64,000 bases of DNA from Candidatus Binatia bacterium (GTDB lineage Bacteria > Desulfobacterota > Binatia > UBA9968 > CAXXLF01): positions 512,001 to 576,000 of the forward strand of contig CAXXLF010000001.1 in NCBI GenBank assembly GCA_963664015.2, read 5' to 3'. Both the position numbers and the translations under genes were made by a program. This document shows positions 20,985-32,057 of this stretch, piece by piece. Under the pieces are notes generated by a model that was not told where the DNA came from, searched no databases, and worked only from the letters and a program-made list of their open reading frames with translations. Position 1 is the first letter of the stretch. Every line of letters starts with the position of its first letter.

Positions 20985-21010
20985 TCAGTCATCAGCCGTC
21001 AGCATTCAGC
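20985..21010. repeat. Degenerate heptamer tandem repeat (TCAGNNN)x4
   Basis: TCAGTCA TCAGCCG TCAGCAT TCAGC. Confidence 0.55.
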
Positions 21011-21055
21011 CAAAGCGGATAATGGCCTTGATGGTTCCGACGGGGAGAGACCGGA

Positions 21056-21074
21056 ACGGTGAGCTAGTCGAACC
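21056..21074. repeat. REP-like dispersed repeat, partial copy
   Basis: ACGGTGAGCTAGTCGAACC closely matches the reverse complement of 51520-51539 (ACGGTGAGCTCAGCCGAACC). Confidence 0.6.
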
Positions 21075-21361
21075 AAAGACCCTGAGCATCCGATACTGGA
21101 GCATCGGTGATTCTCTGACTCATTGTGCCCGGCAGAAGGAGACATCCCACGAGAAATACCGGGACGGCAAGACCGTCCGGTCAGCGGTCGCTCCGCCCTT
21201 AGCTCCAGCTTTCCACCCTAGAGGACTGAGTAGGTCGATAACGGTTAGTGGGTTGGGCATCGAGGGGTGATCGATTCTTATCAGCCATTCGGGCCGCACT
21301 TGACAACCCCCGCTATGCCAGTTAATTGATTGGAAGACCAAAAGCGGACAGGAGGAAAGTT

Positions 21362-22150
21362 ATGGCAGGCGGAACCATCGAGCAAAGGACAGAAGACGGG
21401 ATCCTCGTTCTCGAAATCAACAATCCCCCCGTTAACTCCTATACCCATGAGATGCTTCGCCAGTTGGACGAATGCATTCTCCAGGCTCGATTCGATGATT
21501 CGATCCATGCAATTGTCATCACTGGAAACGGGGAAAAGTTTTTTTCCGCCGGGGCCGACATCAACATGCTGGCCAAGCAGCCTCTTTCGTACAAGTACAA
21601 TTTCGCGGTGCACGGCAATGAAGTTCTCACCCGCATGGAGAGAACGCCAAAACTCATCATTGCTGCGATCAACGGCCACGCCATCGGCGGTGGACTGGAG
21701 ATCTCCATGGCAACGGATATTCGTATCGCCAAGAAGGATGCAGGACGCGTTGGCCTGGCTGAAATCAACCTGGGCGTCATGCCCGGTATGGGTGGAACAC
21801 AACGTCTTCCGCGCCTGGTCGGTAGGAGCCGGGGCCTGGAACTATGCGCCACTGGAAGGCAGATCGCCTTTGAGGAAGCCCTCGACATGGGCTTGATCAA
21901 CTATATCTATGAACGGGAAGACTTCATGGACCAGGTGATGGATTACGCGCGCCAGTTTGTTCCGCCCAACAAGGCAAGCTTCGCCGTGGGCAAAGTCAAA
22001 CGAGCCATCCATTCGGGGATGGAAGTCTCCTTGGCTGAAGGTCTGGCCATGGAACATGAAGTTCTCTATCAGGCTTTTGGTAGCGAGGACGGTAACGAAG
22101 GCGTGAAGGCTTACCTGGAGAAAAGAACCGCTAAATATCAGGGCAAGTAA
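21362..22150 (+). CDS. Enoyl-CoA hydratase/isomerase (crotonase) family
   Basis: FFSAGADI, AINGHAIGGGLE, AEINLGVMPGMGGTQRL; AGGAGG SD before ATG 21362. Confidence 0.93.
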   Translation: MAGGTIEQRTEDGILVLEINNPPVNSYTHEMLRQLDECILQARFDDSIHAIVITGNGEKFFSAGADINMLAKQPLSYKYNFAVHGNEVLTRMERTPKLIIAAINGHAIGGGLEISMATDIRIAKKDAGRVGLAEINLGVMPGMGGTQRLPRLVGRSRGLELCATGRQIAFEEALDMGLINYIYEREDFMDQVMDYARQFVPPNKASFAVGKVKRAIHSGMEVSLAEGLAMEHEVLYQAFGSEDGNEGVKAYLEKRTAKYQGK

Positions 22151-22212
22151 ACACCGCCGCACCTATCGGCATTAAAAATCAAGACTACGAGAAATCAAAC
22201 TGGAGGTTATGC

Positions 22213-23676
22213 ATGGCCAAGTTGTTAATTGGCGGGGAACAGGTCGACTCGGTTGGCAAAGAGACCTATGAGGTACGCAATCCGGCGACCGGCGAGGTTG
22301 TGGACAGTGCCGTCAAGGGCACGGTCAAAGACGTAGAACAAGCGATCGATGCCGCCGAGTCCGCATTCAAGGAATGGGCCGACGTCACGGCCGAGGACCG
22401 CGGCAAGATGCTAACCAACGCGTGCGATCTGATCAAGGAAAAAGCCAAAGAGATCGCCCAGCTTCTGACCCAGGAACAGGGAAAGACTCTCTTTGAGGCT
22501 AATCTCGAGATTCATCACCTGCTGCACGGCCTGGAGTTTTATGCCGGATTGGCCTCAAAGGTCAGAGGCTCCCATGTCCCCCTGCCTCAGAAAAACGCGT
22601 ACGGCATGGTCATCCGTCAGCCCATCGGGATCTGTGGCGGAATCATTCCCTGGAATTTTCCACTAACGCTCATGGGCACCAAGCTTGGGCCCGCTTTAGC
22701 TGCAGGCAATACGGTTATCGTCAAGCCGGCCAGCACCACACCCCTCGCAACCCTGCTTTGCCTGGAGCAAATCCAGAAAGCCACCTACGGTGAAGGCAAG
22801 CAACAAAAAACGCTTCCCAAAGGAGCAATCAACGTGGTGACAGGCCCCGGTAGCACCGTCGGCGAAGAACTGCTGCGTAACCCCAGGGTTAGACGAATCG
22901 CGTTTACCGGTTCCACTGAGATCGGTCGTCATGTCATGGAGGTCGCGGGCAGGGAGATCAAACGGGTCACCCTGGAATTGGGAGGCAGTGATCCCATGAT
23001 TGTGATGGAAGATGCCAACGTCGACCTGGCAGTCAAGATGGCCGATATCGGCCGCTTCTTCAATTGCGGCCAGATGTGTCTTGGGGTCAAGCGTCTCTTC
23101 CTCCACGAATCCATTGCGGATCAGTTCATCGGCGGTCTGACAGAGCTGCTCAAAAAGAAAACCGTGGGCAACGGAATGAGTAAGGAAAGCCGCATGGGTC
23201 CACTGCACATCGACTACCAGAGAAAAGAGGTCGAAGAGCAGGTAGAAGACGCCAAGGCCAGAGGTGCCAAGGTCATCATCGGTGGCGAGAGACCTGAGGG
23301 AAAAGAGTTAGAGAACGGCTTTTTCTATCTACCGACACTTCTGACTGATGTCCCTGACGATGCACGCATCACGACAGAAGAGTGTTTTGGGCCCGCGCTG
23401 CCGGTCTATACGTTTAAGGATCTGAACGAGGCTATCGAAAAAGCCAATAGCTCGGAATACGGACTGGGCTCATCCATCTGGACCCGCAACATGATCTATG
23501 CCAACAAAGCCATCGACAAACTTCAGGCGGGCAATGTATGGGTGAATTCGCTGCACTACGGCTACGACGAACTCCCCTTTGGCGGGGTAAAATCTAGCGG
23601 CGTAGGACGCGAACACGGCCCTGAGGCGCTGGACTACTACCTGGAACCCAAGGGCGTCGTCATTGTAAACGTATAA
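22213..23676 (+). CDS. Aldehyde dehydrogenase
   Basis: IIPWNFP, FTGSTEIG, LELGG, NCGQMC, EECFGP, PFGGVKSSG.GRE. Confidence 0.96.
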   Translation: MAKLLIGGEQVDSVGKETYEVRNPATGEVVDSAVKGTVKDVEQAIDAAESAFKEWADVTAEDRGKMLTNACDLIKEKAKEIAQLLTQEQGKTLFEANLEIHHLLHGLEFYAGLASKVRGSHVPLPQKNAYGMVIRQPIGICGGIIPWNFPLTLMGTKLGPALAAGNTVIVKPASTTPLATLLCLEQIQKATYGEGKQQKTLPKGAINVVTGPGSTVGEELLRNPRVRRIAFTGSTEIGRHVMEVAGREIKRVTLELGGSDPMIVMEDANVDLAVKMADIGRFFNCGQMCLGVKRLFLHESIADQFIGGLTELLKKKTVGNGMSKESRMGPLHIDYQRKEVEEQVEDAKARGAKVIIGGERPEGKELENGFFYLPTLLTDVPDDARITTEECFGPALPVYTFKDLNEAIEKANSSEYGLGSSIWTRNMIYANKAIDKLQAGNVWVNSLHYGYDELPFGGVKSSGVGREHGPEALDYYLEPKGVVIVNV

Positions 23677-23712
23677 ACTGGGATTCAGCCATCAAAATCC
23701 AACCAAGGCAAT

Positions 23713-24640
23713 TTACCACTGGATCGCTTCGAGAATATTTGAGAAATCATCGGTCCATACCCACGCCTGAGCGAGCAGCCCACCCACCGCCGGTTTTCCA
23801 CCAGGCCCAGGAGATCGCCCGGCTGACGGGCCATCACGACACACCGAGACGAAAAATTTCCCCGTCTCTTATCCGATCGACCGGTAAATCTATGTTCTTG
23901 CGAGAGGCAAACCAGATTGGCTTCCCGTGCCACATTACCCAAAATGGTTTTAAGATCCAGGTACTGATTGGAAATATGAAACACCAGGATCCCTTGATCG
24001 TCAAGTTTGGTTCAATATAGCTTGATCGCCTCTCGTGTAATGAAATGTAGGGGAATCGAGTCCGAACTGAAAGCGTCGAGTACGATCAACCCGAAATGCC
24101 CGTCTGCCTCACGTTTAAGAGTTAGACGGGCGTCGCCGAGTATCACTTCAACCGTGGGAGGACAATCTTTGAGATAGGTAAATAATCGGGCTTCCCGTGC
24201 GATTCGTTCGACAGCAGGGTCGATCTCGTAAAAGATGAATCCCTGATCGACAGTTCCATGACAGGCCATGGACCCATTGCCGAGTCCCACGACAGCCACT
24301 CTCGGCCCTCGGACGGGCGCCGAAAAAGGCCTCGAACACCTGCCCAATGGGCCCCCTGCGGGTATAGTACGTAAGGGGCAAATTGCGCTGCGAAGGCTTG
24401 AGACCCTGCATGCCATGATTTATGTTCCCATGGACTAGAAGATGGAATCGGATGTCCGCGTCGCGAACGACCCGGTGGTTCCCAAAGAAGCTTCTCTCGT
24501 TGTGCAACACTCGACCACGGTCCTCGTAAAACAGAGGGGCAAGTAACAAACACCCAATCGCCAAACCGAAATCTTAGCTGAACCCTCAGGGGAGGCAAGG
24601 ACCATAAATAGCCCTCAAGCTACTGAAAGCACAAGGAACG
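23713..24640 (-). pseudogene. Relic of a fused membrane/spermidine-synthase-like methyltransferase gene (C-terminal half only)
   Basis: Fragments RSFFG..RV...HG...HG.Q...YY...GPIG / VVGLG.GS...YEIDPAV...GDARL...DAFSSDSIP.H / HISN.YLDL / VWTDDFSN, split by frameshifts and an in-frame TGA (24012-24014); the N-terminal membrane half is missing. Confidence 0.85.
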
Positions 24641-24648
24641 AGGTAAAA

Positions 24649-24722
24649 TGGGCCCACCTGGATTCGAACCAGGGACCTACCGGTTATGAGCCGGTGGCTC
24701 TAACCAGCTGAGCTATGGGCCC
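24649..24722 (-). tRNA. tRNA with CAT anticodon, most likely tRNA-Ile2 (lysidine-modified); CCA not encoded
   Basis: GGGCCCATAGCTCAGCTGGTTAGAGC-CACCGG-CTCATAA-CCGGT...GGTTCGAATCC...GGGCCCA; G1-C72 excludes initiator tRNA, C4-G69/C5-G68 are TilS determinants; lies 3' of rpoD. Confidence 0.93.
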
Positions 24723-24759
24723 ATGAAGGGGTTAGTTAATCGGCCAACAACCAGGAGGT

Positions 24760-26631
24760 CTAGCTGCCCTCCATGAAGCTTCTGAGTCGTTTGCTGCGGC
24801 TGGGGTGCCTCAGTTTGCGCAAGGCCTTGGCCTCGATCTGCCGGATCCGCTCTCGAGTGACGGCGAATTTTTGTCCTACTTCTTCCAGCGTATGATCGGA
24901 TCTCTCGCCGATACCAAAACGCATCCTTAAGACCTGCTCTTCGCGCGGTGTCAGAGTCGCCAGGACTTTCTTGGTCTGCTCTTGAAGGTTGAGACTGATT
25001 ACGGCATCGGAGGGCGGCACGATCCGCTTGTCCTCGATAAAATCACCCAAATGGCTGTCCTCCTCCTCACCGACGGGGGTTTCCAAAGAGATCGGCTCCT
25101 TGGCAATCTTCAAAACCTTTCTCACCTTGTCCAGTGGGATCTCCATCTTGGCAGCGATCTCTTCCGGGTTGGGCTCGCGGCCGATTTCCTGGACCAGATA
25201 ACGGGAGGTCCGAATCAGCTTGTTGATGGTCTCGATCATATGGACCGGGATTCGAATAGTCCGGGCCTGGTCCGCTATGGCACGTGTGATCGCTTGGCGG
25301 ATCCACCACGTCGCATAGGTCGAGAACTTGTGGCCCCGCTGATATTCGAACTTGTCTACGGCCTTCATCAACCCGATATTCCCTTCCTGGATCAGGTCCA
25401 GGAACTGGAGCCCCCGATTAGTGTATTTCTTTGCGATGCTCACCACCAAACGAAGATTGGCTTCAATCAATTGTTTCTTGGCAATATTCGCCTTGGCCTC
25501 TTCTCTAATAATACAGCAAACACGGCGCTCGATCTCTCCGGCCGGGATTTCCAACTGGTTCTCAAGCCATTTGACCTCCCGACGGGCACTTCGGATACCT
25601 TCTGCCATCTGTCGGATAGCCTCTTGGCTCATACGCAGAGTACCCACGGCCCGCTGCCAATTTTTCTTTTGTTCATTGGATGACGGAATCAGCTTGAGCA
25701 TTTCCTGTGCGGATTTTCCAGTCTTTTCCTCAAATTCCCTTACACGGCCCTGCATCCGACGCAAGTGCCCGAGAGCCTGTTTCAGGTTACCTGTGATGGC
25801 GTCGATTTGTTTGCGATTGAGCTGCAACCCCTTGAGACGTTTCACAATCTTGTCCCGCTGTTTAACTAACGCGTCTTCCAGGGTTATTTTTCTTTTCGCC
25901 GAGAGGGGGGTCTTCTTCAGCTTCTTCTCAATCTCTTCCTTTTCCTTGGCCAGTTTGCGCAACTTGTCAGTCTGTTCGAGGAGTTTTTTTTCGTAGACTT
26001 CCTCTTTCTCGAAGTAGTCCAATTCATCTTCGAAATCATCGGTAATTTCCCGAACCCTTATTTCGTGGCGTGAAAGCTGCTCGCCCAACTCCAAAACATA
26101 CTGCAGGGCCGATGGACAGGAGAGAACCTCATCGATGACCTGCCTTTCGCCCTCCTCAATTTCCGTGGCTATCACGACCTCGCCCTCGCGACTGAGCAGG
26201 GAAATGGTTCCCATCTCACGCAGGTACATCCGGACTGGGTCCCCGGTTTTGCCGCTGACGTCCCCTTCCGCCTCGACTTCCACCTCCCGTTCGTCATCGT
26301 CGTCGTCGGTGGTAGCAGATTCCTCGCCCTGGCCGGTGAGAGCCTCCCTTTGATTGGAATCGACCACTTCGATATCCATCTCACCGAAGATGGACATCAC
26401 GTCATCTATCTGGTCTGCAGAGACGATATCCGCAGGTAGAATTTCGTTAAGCTCATCGTAGGTAAGGTATCCCTTCTCCTTACCTATATCGATAAGCTTT
26501 TTGACTTCCTTGATGTTTTTCTTACGCTTGCCTGAATTATCAGAACCGTCATCCGGTTCTAACGCCACCCCGTTTTCAGGGCGAGCCTCTGCTGCTCCAA
26601 GCTGCGCTCTTTTTGTATTACTTCTTGCCAT
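24760..26631 (-). CDS. rpoD: RNA polymerase primary sigma factor
   Basis: [56 protein letters not shown]; the start may lie further downstream. Confidence 0.98.
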   Translation of the reverse strand: MARSNTKRAQLGAAEARPENGVALEPDDGSDNSGKRKKNIKEVKKLIDIGKEKGYLTYDELNEILPADIVSADQIDDVMSIFGEMDIEVVDSNQREALTGQGEESATTDDDDDEREVEVEAEGDVSGKTGDPVRMYLREMGTISLLSREGEVVIATEIEEGERQVIDEVLSCPSALQYVLELGEQLSRHEIRVREITDDFEDELDYFEKEEVYEKKLLEQTDKLRKLAKEKEEIEKKLKKTPLSAKRKITLEDALVKQRDKIVKRLKGLQLNRKQIDAITGNLKQALGHLRRMQGRVREFEEKTGKSAQEMLKLIPSSNEQKKNWQRAVGTLRMSQEAIRQMAEGIRSARREVKWLENQLEIPAGEIERRVCCIIREEAKANIAKKQLIEANLRLVVSIAKKYTNRGLQFLDLIQEGNIGLMKAVDKFEYQRGHKFSTYATWWIRQAITRAIADQARTIRIPVHMIETINKLIRTSRYLVQEIGREPNPEEIAAKMEIPLDKVRKVLKIAKEPISLETPVGEEEDSHLGDFIEDKRIVPPSDAVISLNLQEQTKKVLATLTPREEQVLRMRFGIGERSDHTLEEVGQKFAVTRERIRQIEAKALRKLRHPSRSKRLRSFMEGS

Positions 26632-28349
26632 TCGAGGATCCTGTCCTTTCTGGCTTTTTCATCCATCTTTTCTTCCGCAAGACGGATAGCCTTACACAAG
26701 TCAGCCTCTAACGTTTTTAAATGCCTCAAGCGCAGATGAAAAAGGCAGTCCTCAGTCATCTGGCCACTCTCGTTTTCCTGTATGTTTTCCCCTTGAAGTG
26801 CGAGGGCAGTCAGCACCGACGCTTGACGGGGCTGCAGCTCTTCGGTCAGACGAGCCAGGCTTACTTCCCCCCGTTCTCTCCACTCGGTAAGTATTTTTTG
26901 AATCAACCCCCTCCATCTGGGATTGACTAGCCCATCCAACTCACTTTCCTGTTCCACCCGTCCCAGGGCATCCGGAAAATTGAGCATCAATGTCACTAAG
27001 GAGGACTCGGCACGATCCACCGCCATCCTCTCGCCCAGAATCTGTTCTTGACCCTCTTGACGCTCTCCCCCATTCCCCTTTGACCGCACCGGCGCCCGGC
27101 GCAAGAGCTCTTCTCGAATACCCAGAGCCTCGGAAGCCCGGCGACTCAACAGGTCAACCTCGAAAGGACTGCGCACTTTTGCCAAAACTCGATTGACCTC
27201 CTGAGCGACCTGACTCTTACCCTCTAGTTTAGATCCGTATTGCCCCTGAAGCCAAGTGAAGTAAAAGTCGGCCATGGGAACCGCATGATCCAGAATTGCT
27301 TCCAGTGCCTCTTTACCGTGGGTGCGCACGAAGGTGTCGGGGTCTTCTCCCTGCGGAAGGAATGCGGTCTGACCCAGCAGTCCCCCTTCCACAAAGATCT
27401 CAAAACTGCGCGCGGCTGCTTTTCGCCCCGCGTCGTCCCCATCAAACAGGGCGATGACGTTCTTGTTATAACGTCTCAGTATCCGCACGTGATCAGGCGT
27501 CAGGGCCGTACCTAGTGTTGCAACTGCATACCCAAGACCCAACTGATGCATGGCCAAGACGTCCAGATACCCCTCCACCACGACTACACGATTGGCGGAT
27601 CGGATAGCCTCCTTGGCCTGAAAGAGACCGTAGAGCTGGGACCCTTTGTGAAAAAGTGGTGTCTCGGCTGAATTCAAATACTTGGGTAAACCGTCACCGA
27701 GGGTTCGACCTCCGAACCCTGCAACCTTCCCCCCCGCGTCAATGATAGGAAACATGACTCGGCCAAAGAACTTCTCACCGTACCGTTCCTGTCCCCGTTC
27801 ACTCAACAGCCCCACGGCGACCGCGTCCTTCAAAGTCCATCCGTCTTTCTGTAGAAAGGAGATAAGCCCCCCGGCCCCCGCAGCATAACCGAGACAGAAG
27901 CGTCGGATGGCGCGTTCATCAACCCCCCTTGCGCTGAGATAGTCACGGGCCTTCTTTCCGTCCGGATGGAGGCTGAGGACCTTGTGAAAATAGGCTGCGG
28001 CTCTTTCATTGAGTCGGGAAAGACTCTCCCGCTGCTTATTTCCAACCGAAGAACGTTCCCGATTCTCGAACTGAATTCCGTAACGCTTGGCTACATTTTC
28101 AACGGCCTCCGGGAAGGTGAGGTTCTCCGATTGCATCAAAAAACTAAACACGTTCCCGCCCACATGACAACCGAAGCAATGAAAAATTCCTTTTTCCTCA
28201 TTGACAGTAAAAGAAGGTGTTTTTTCCGAATGAAAGGGACACAGGCCAGTGTGATTATGTCCCAGCTTCTTAAGGGTAAGATGATCGGATACGACCTCTA
28301 CGATGGAGGCCCGTTCCCGAATCTCAATGATTTTATCCTCGCCAATCAT
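26559..28349 (-). CDS. dnaG: DNA primase
   Basis: [11 protein letters not shown]...HCFGC zinc finger, [28 protein letters not shown]. Confidence 0.98.
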   Translation of the reverse strand: MIGEDKIIEIRERASIVEVVSDHLTLKKLGHNHTGLCPFHSEKTPSFTVNEEKGIFHCFGCHVGGNVFSFLMQSENLTFPEAVENVAKRYGIQFENRERSSVGNKQRESLSRLNERAAAYFHKVLSLHPDGKKARDYLSARGVDERAIRRFCLGYAAGAGGLISFLQKDGWTLKDAVAVGLLSERGQERYGEKFFGRVMFPIIDAGGKVAGFGGRTLGDGLPKYLNSAETPLFHKGSQLYGLFQAKEAIRSANRVVVVEGYLDVLAMHQLGLGYAVATLGTALTPDHVRILRRYNKNVIALFDGDDAGRKAAARSFEIFVEGGLLGQTAFLPQGEDPDTFVRTHGKEALEAILDHAVPMADFYFTWLQGQYGSKLEGKSQVAQEVNRVLAKVRSPFEVDLLSRRASEALGIREELLRRAPVRSKGNGGERQEGQEQILGERMAVDRAESSLVTLMLNFPDALGRVEQESELDGLVNPRWRGLIQKILTEWRERGEVSLARLTEELQPRQASVLTALALQGENIQENESGQMTEDCLFHLRLRHLKTLEADLCKAIRLAEEKMDEKARKDRILEWQEVIQKERSLEQQRLALKTGWR

Positions 28350-28888
28350 GCCAACCGCCTTGGATCCTTCTTTTCCCCCGTCTCGTCATCTTGGGATGAG
28401 GGGGAAAAAAACTGATCCTTGCCGATCTGAACCAACCCTTGGCCGAATCGATTGAGGGGTGGGACAAGATAGGAATTATCCACCGTATCCTTCATTGTCT
28501 TTGGGATAAATGTCGCAGAGCTTAGAAAAAAGAGAATCAAAGCGAGGAAGACCGCCCCTTTACCAACTCCAACGACGACGCCTCCCACCCGATTAAAGCC
28601 CGCAAGGAAGAGGAAACGAGCCCACCGTTGGAACAACCAACCCACCAGATTAAAAACGAAATATACCGCCAGGAACACCAAGAGAAAACCAATGGCTTTG
28701 AGGATAATCGGGGAGACATTCCAAAATTCTTGGCCCATTTTAGCCACCGTTTCGTTATACTGAAACGCTGCTATGAATCCGGCAAAGATCCCCAGGACAG
28801 ATAAGACTTCAAGGAATAGCCCACGGAAATAACCTCGGACGGCAAATAGGGCAAGGAGAACAACCAGCGTCAAATCGACATTATTCAC
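28346..28888 (-). CDS. cvpA: CvpA (colicin V production) family membrane protein
   Basis: D..L.V.L....RGYFRGL..E, NRVGG.V.G..KG. Confidence 0.88.
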   Translation of the reverse strand: MNNVDLTLVVLLALFAVRGYFRGLFLEVLSVLGIFAGFIAAFQYNETVAKMGQEFWNVSPIILKAIGFLLVFLAVYFVFNLVGWLFQRWARFLFLAGFNRVGGVVVGVGKGAVFLALILFFLSSATFIPKTMKDTVDNSYLVPPLNRFGQGLVQIGKDQFFSPSSQDDETGEKKDPRRLA

Positions 28889-28988
28889 GTTAGATTAGTT
28901 TGGGATGGGTTTGAGACAGACACTAAAGACGACCACCTAAAGGTTCTGCTCAATGATTGACGGCAAGGCTTTGAGGACTCTCGATGAA

Positions 28989-29189
28989 TTAAAAGAAACG
29001 TGATATTCGGGCCCGCTTCAAGGCCCTTTTTCTTGCCGCTATTGCTTTCTTCTTCCTTTTGATACTGGGCTTTTCGAAATGCTCACGCTTGCGAAGCTCT
29101 GCCAAAATTCCGGCTTTTTCGCATTGCTTCTTAAAACGTCGGATGGCGCTTTCAATGGATTCGTTATCCCTGATCCTAACTCCAGTCAT
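28989..29189 (-). CDS. rpsU: 30S ribosomal protein S21
   Basis: [33 protein letters not shown]. Confidence 0.98.
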   Translation of the reverse strand: MTGVRIRDNESIESAIRRFKKQCEKAGILAELRKREHFEKPSIKRKKKAIAARKRALKRARISRFF

Positions 29190-29347
29190 AACTTCAATCT
29201 GTCCCCTATCTTTTGCATAATAAATGCCTACTCCCCTAAATTACAACTATATCCAATCTGTTCTTTAAGTCAAGCTGCTAGCAGGCTTTTTCCGCTCCTT
29301 GAAGTACCGGCTGGAGATGAGACCTCCGCTGCCCAGGGTCATCCAGA

Positions 29348-30112
29348 TCATGGAAAAGCGCTCTGGACGGCCAGTTCCCTCTTCCTCAAATAGATAAAAA
29401 ACTCCTTATTGCCCTTGGGCCCCAGAAGCTGTGATTCGACGACTCCAACCACGTCCAGCCCCGATCCCTGGGCTATATTCCGAATCTCGTCAATGACCCT
29501 TTGGTGCTCCGCAGAGGAACGGACAACTCCCCCCTTACCGACTTTTCCCTTCCCCACCTCGAACTGAGGCTTAATTAGGGCCAGAATCTCCCCTGTCGCC
29601 ACAAGGAGCCTCCTTACTTGTGCCAATACCAAACGGAGCGAGATAAAGGAGACATCCACCACCGCTAGCTCCAGACTCTCACCCAGTTCCTCCGGTTCCA
29701 AGTAACGAATGTTTTTTCTCTCCATGACGAAGACTCGCGGATCCTGCCTGAGCCGCCAGTCCAATTGCCCATATCCGACGTCCACAGCGACCACCCAGTC
29801 GGCCCCTCGCGTAAGCAAGCAATCGGTAAACCCGCCAGTTGATGCACCAACGTCCAGGGCCTTCTTTGCCCTGACGTCAATACCAAAGTAATCCAGGGCA
29901 CCTTCGAGTTTCACGCCCCCCCGACTCACGTAGAGACTGGATTTGCTCTGTAAGCGAATGGGAGCACCGGCTTCCACCAGTGCTCCGGCCTTGGTAACTA
30001 ATTGATCCTTGACCAAGACCTCTCCCGCCAGAATAATCCGGCGCCCCTGCTCACGGCCTTCCACCAATCCGCGCTTGACCAGAAGCAGATCTAAGCGCTC
30101 CCTCTTTCCCAT
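29348..30112 (-). CDS. tlyA: TlyA family rRNA methyltransferase
   Basis: S4 domain RLD.LL..RGL, YVSRGG.KL, DVGASTGGFTD, DVSFISL, LIKPQFE. Confidence 0.95.
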   Translation of the reverse strand: MGKRERLDLLLVKRGLVEGREQGRRIILAGEVLVKDQLVTKAGALVEAGAPIRLQSKSSLYVSRGGVKLEGALDYFGIDVRAKKALDVGASTGGFTDCLLTRGADWVVAVDVGYGQLDWRLRQDPRVFVMERKNIRYLEPEELGESLELAVVDVSFISLRLVLAQVRRLLVATGEILALIKPQFEVGKGKVGKGGVVRSSAEHQRVIDEIRNIAQGSGLDVVGVVESQLLGPKGNKEFFIYLRKRELAVQSAFP

Positions 30113-32010
30113 CCCTCCTTCTTGCCCTTCTTTTCCCGTCGGACCATCTGAAGCGCTGTTTGCGAAATGGTGTCCTTATCAAATCCACACATCGTGGCAA
30201 GTTCAGCCTGAGTTCCGTGGGGGATAAATCGATCGGGGATCCCCAGACACTTTACCTGGACACCGCTGACCCCCTCTTCCGCCATAAATTCCAAGAAGGC
30301 ACTACCAAATCCGCCCTGCACGACATGGTCCTCCACCGTAATCACATTGGCAACCTGGCCCAGCAGTTTCAAATACAACGCCCGGTCCAAAGGCTTTACA
30401 AAACGCGCATTCACCACAGCAACCTCGATGCCCAGCAGGGAGAGGTCTTGAGCCGCTCTTAGTGCGGAGATCACCGTATTGCCGATCCCTACAACAAGCA
30501 GGTCCTTTCCCTCCCGCAAGAGTTCACCCTTTCCTATTTCCAGGCAGCGAAGCTCGCTGTCCATCTCAACCCCCCAGGCCTCACCGCGAGGATAACGGAG
30601 GGAAATTGGCCCATCGTGGTCCAGTGCGGTCTTGAGCATGTGCTGCAGCTCATTCTCGTCCTTCGGCGCCATGATCGTCATATTAGGGATCGACCGCATG
30701 TAGGCAAAGTCGAAAACTCCGTGATGGGTCGGGCCGTCGGCCCCCACCAACCCACTACGGTCCAATGCGAAAACCACATGCAAGTTCTGGAGACACACGT
30801 CGTGAAGAATCTGGTCGTATGCCCGCTGCAGGAACGTGGAGTAGATGGTAACAACGGGAATCAATCCTTCCGTTGCCAATCCAGCCGCAAACGTGACCGC
30901 ATGCTGCTCTGCGATGCCAACGTCATAGGAACGACCGGGGATTTCTTGGGACAGTTTATCGATTCCCGTACCGCTTCCCATGGCTGCGGTAATCCCAAAG
31001 ACGTTGGGATTTTCCTTTCCTAGTCGGATCAGGGCTTGCGCAAAGACGTCCGTAAAGGTCGGCACAGGCCCCTTTGCTTTTTTAGGCTTACCCGTCAGGA
31101 CGTGAAAAGGAGGCACACTGTGGTAGCGGACCGGATCCCTCTCCGCAAATTCATAGCCCTTCCCTTTTTTTGTAATGACATGAACCAGAGTTGGCCGATC
31201 TATCTTCTTGACGTTCTCCAGCGTATCGATCATCTCCTGCATGTTATAACCGTCGATGGGACCCACATACTGAAAGCCCATGGCTTCGAACAAGAATCCG
31301 GGCGTGACCAGGCTGATGAACGCGTCCTTGACCTTGTGGGCCACGTTGTAGAGATTCTCCCCTACCATGGGTAATGTGCGCACGATGTTAACCAGATTCT
31401 TTTGCAACTTTACCGCCAAATCCGTAACCAACTGTTTACTCAGAAATGAAGATAGGGCTCCCACTCGCGGATCAATGAAAAACGAATTGTCATTGAGAAC
31501 GACGATCAGATCCTTGTTTAGATGGCCCGCCTGGTTAAGCCCTTCGAAGGTAAGGCCTGCGCTCAGACAGCCGTCACTGATAACGGCCACGACTTTACGC
31601 GTCGAATGCAGGTATCTCTTTGCCTCCACCATGCCCAGCGCCGCCGACACCGAGGTCCCCGCATGACCGGCCCCAAAAACATCGTACTCGCTCTCGTCGC
31701 GGCTCAAGAAACCACTAAGGCCGTCCAACTGGCGGATGGTTGCAAGCTTCTCTCTCCTGCCACAGATCAGCTTGTGGGCGTAGGCCTGATGCCCTGTATC
31801 CCATACGATCCGATCATCCGGTGTGTTAAAGACATACTGCAGAGCCAATGTCAGCTCTACGGCACCCAGAGTCGATGCTAGATGTCCGCCCACTTCCGAG
31901 ACTACGGAGATCACCTCCTCACGCACCTCCCCAGCGAGGACCTCAAGATCTTTGGTTCTTAGAGTCCGGAGATCGGCCGGGAAATGGATTCCGTCTAAAA
32001 GTCTGCCCAT
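30091..32010 (-). CDS. dxs: 1-deoxy-D-xylulose-5-phosphate synthase
   Basis: GGHLASTLG, WDTGHQAY.HK, DVGIAEQHAVT, GADGPTHHG; alternative start at 32031. Confidence 0.97.
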   Translation of the reverse strand: MGRLLDGIHFPADLRTLRTKDLEVLAGEVREEVISVVSEVGGHLASTLGAVELTLALQYVFNTPDDRIVWDTGHQAYAHKLICGRREKLATIRQLDGLSGFLSRDESEYDVFGAGHAGTSVSAALGMVEAKRYLHSTRKVVAVISDGCLSAGLTFEGLNQAGHLNKDLIVVLNDNSFFIDPRVGALSSFLSKQLVTDLAVKLQKNLVNIVRTLPMVGENLYNVAHKVKDAFISLVTPGFLFEAMGFQYVGPIDGYNMQEMIDTLENVKKIDRPTLVHVITKKGKGYEFAERDPVRYHSVPPFHVLTGKPKKAKGPVPTFTDVFAQALIRLGKENPNVFGITAAMGSGTGIDKLSQEIPGRSYDVGIAEQHAVTFAAGLATEGLIPVVTIYSTFLQRAYDQILHDVCLQNLHVVFALDRSGLVGADGPTHHGVFDFAYMRSIPNMTIMAPKDENELQHMLKTALDHDGPISLRYPRGEAWGVEMDSELRCLEIGKGELLREGKDLLVVGIGNTVISALRAAQDLSLLGIEVAVVNARFVKPLDRALYLKLLGQVANVITVEDHVVQGGFGSAFLEFMAEEGVSGVQVKCLGIPDRFIPHGTQAELATMCGFDKDTISQTALQMVRREKKGKKEGWERGSA

Positions 32011-32057
32011 TGCTGCTACCCCTGCCAGCATGTGTTCTGGCGCCTTATCTTGGTTTT

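Noticed and set aside
24649-24722. Calling the CAT tRNA initiator or elongator Met
   Set aside because: G1-C72 pairing and the absence of three G-C anticodon-stem pairs exclude fMet; the acceptor stem fits Ile2 better than elongator Met
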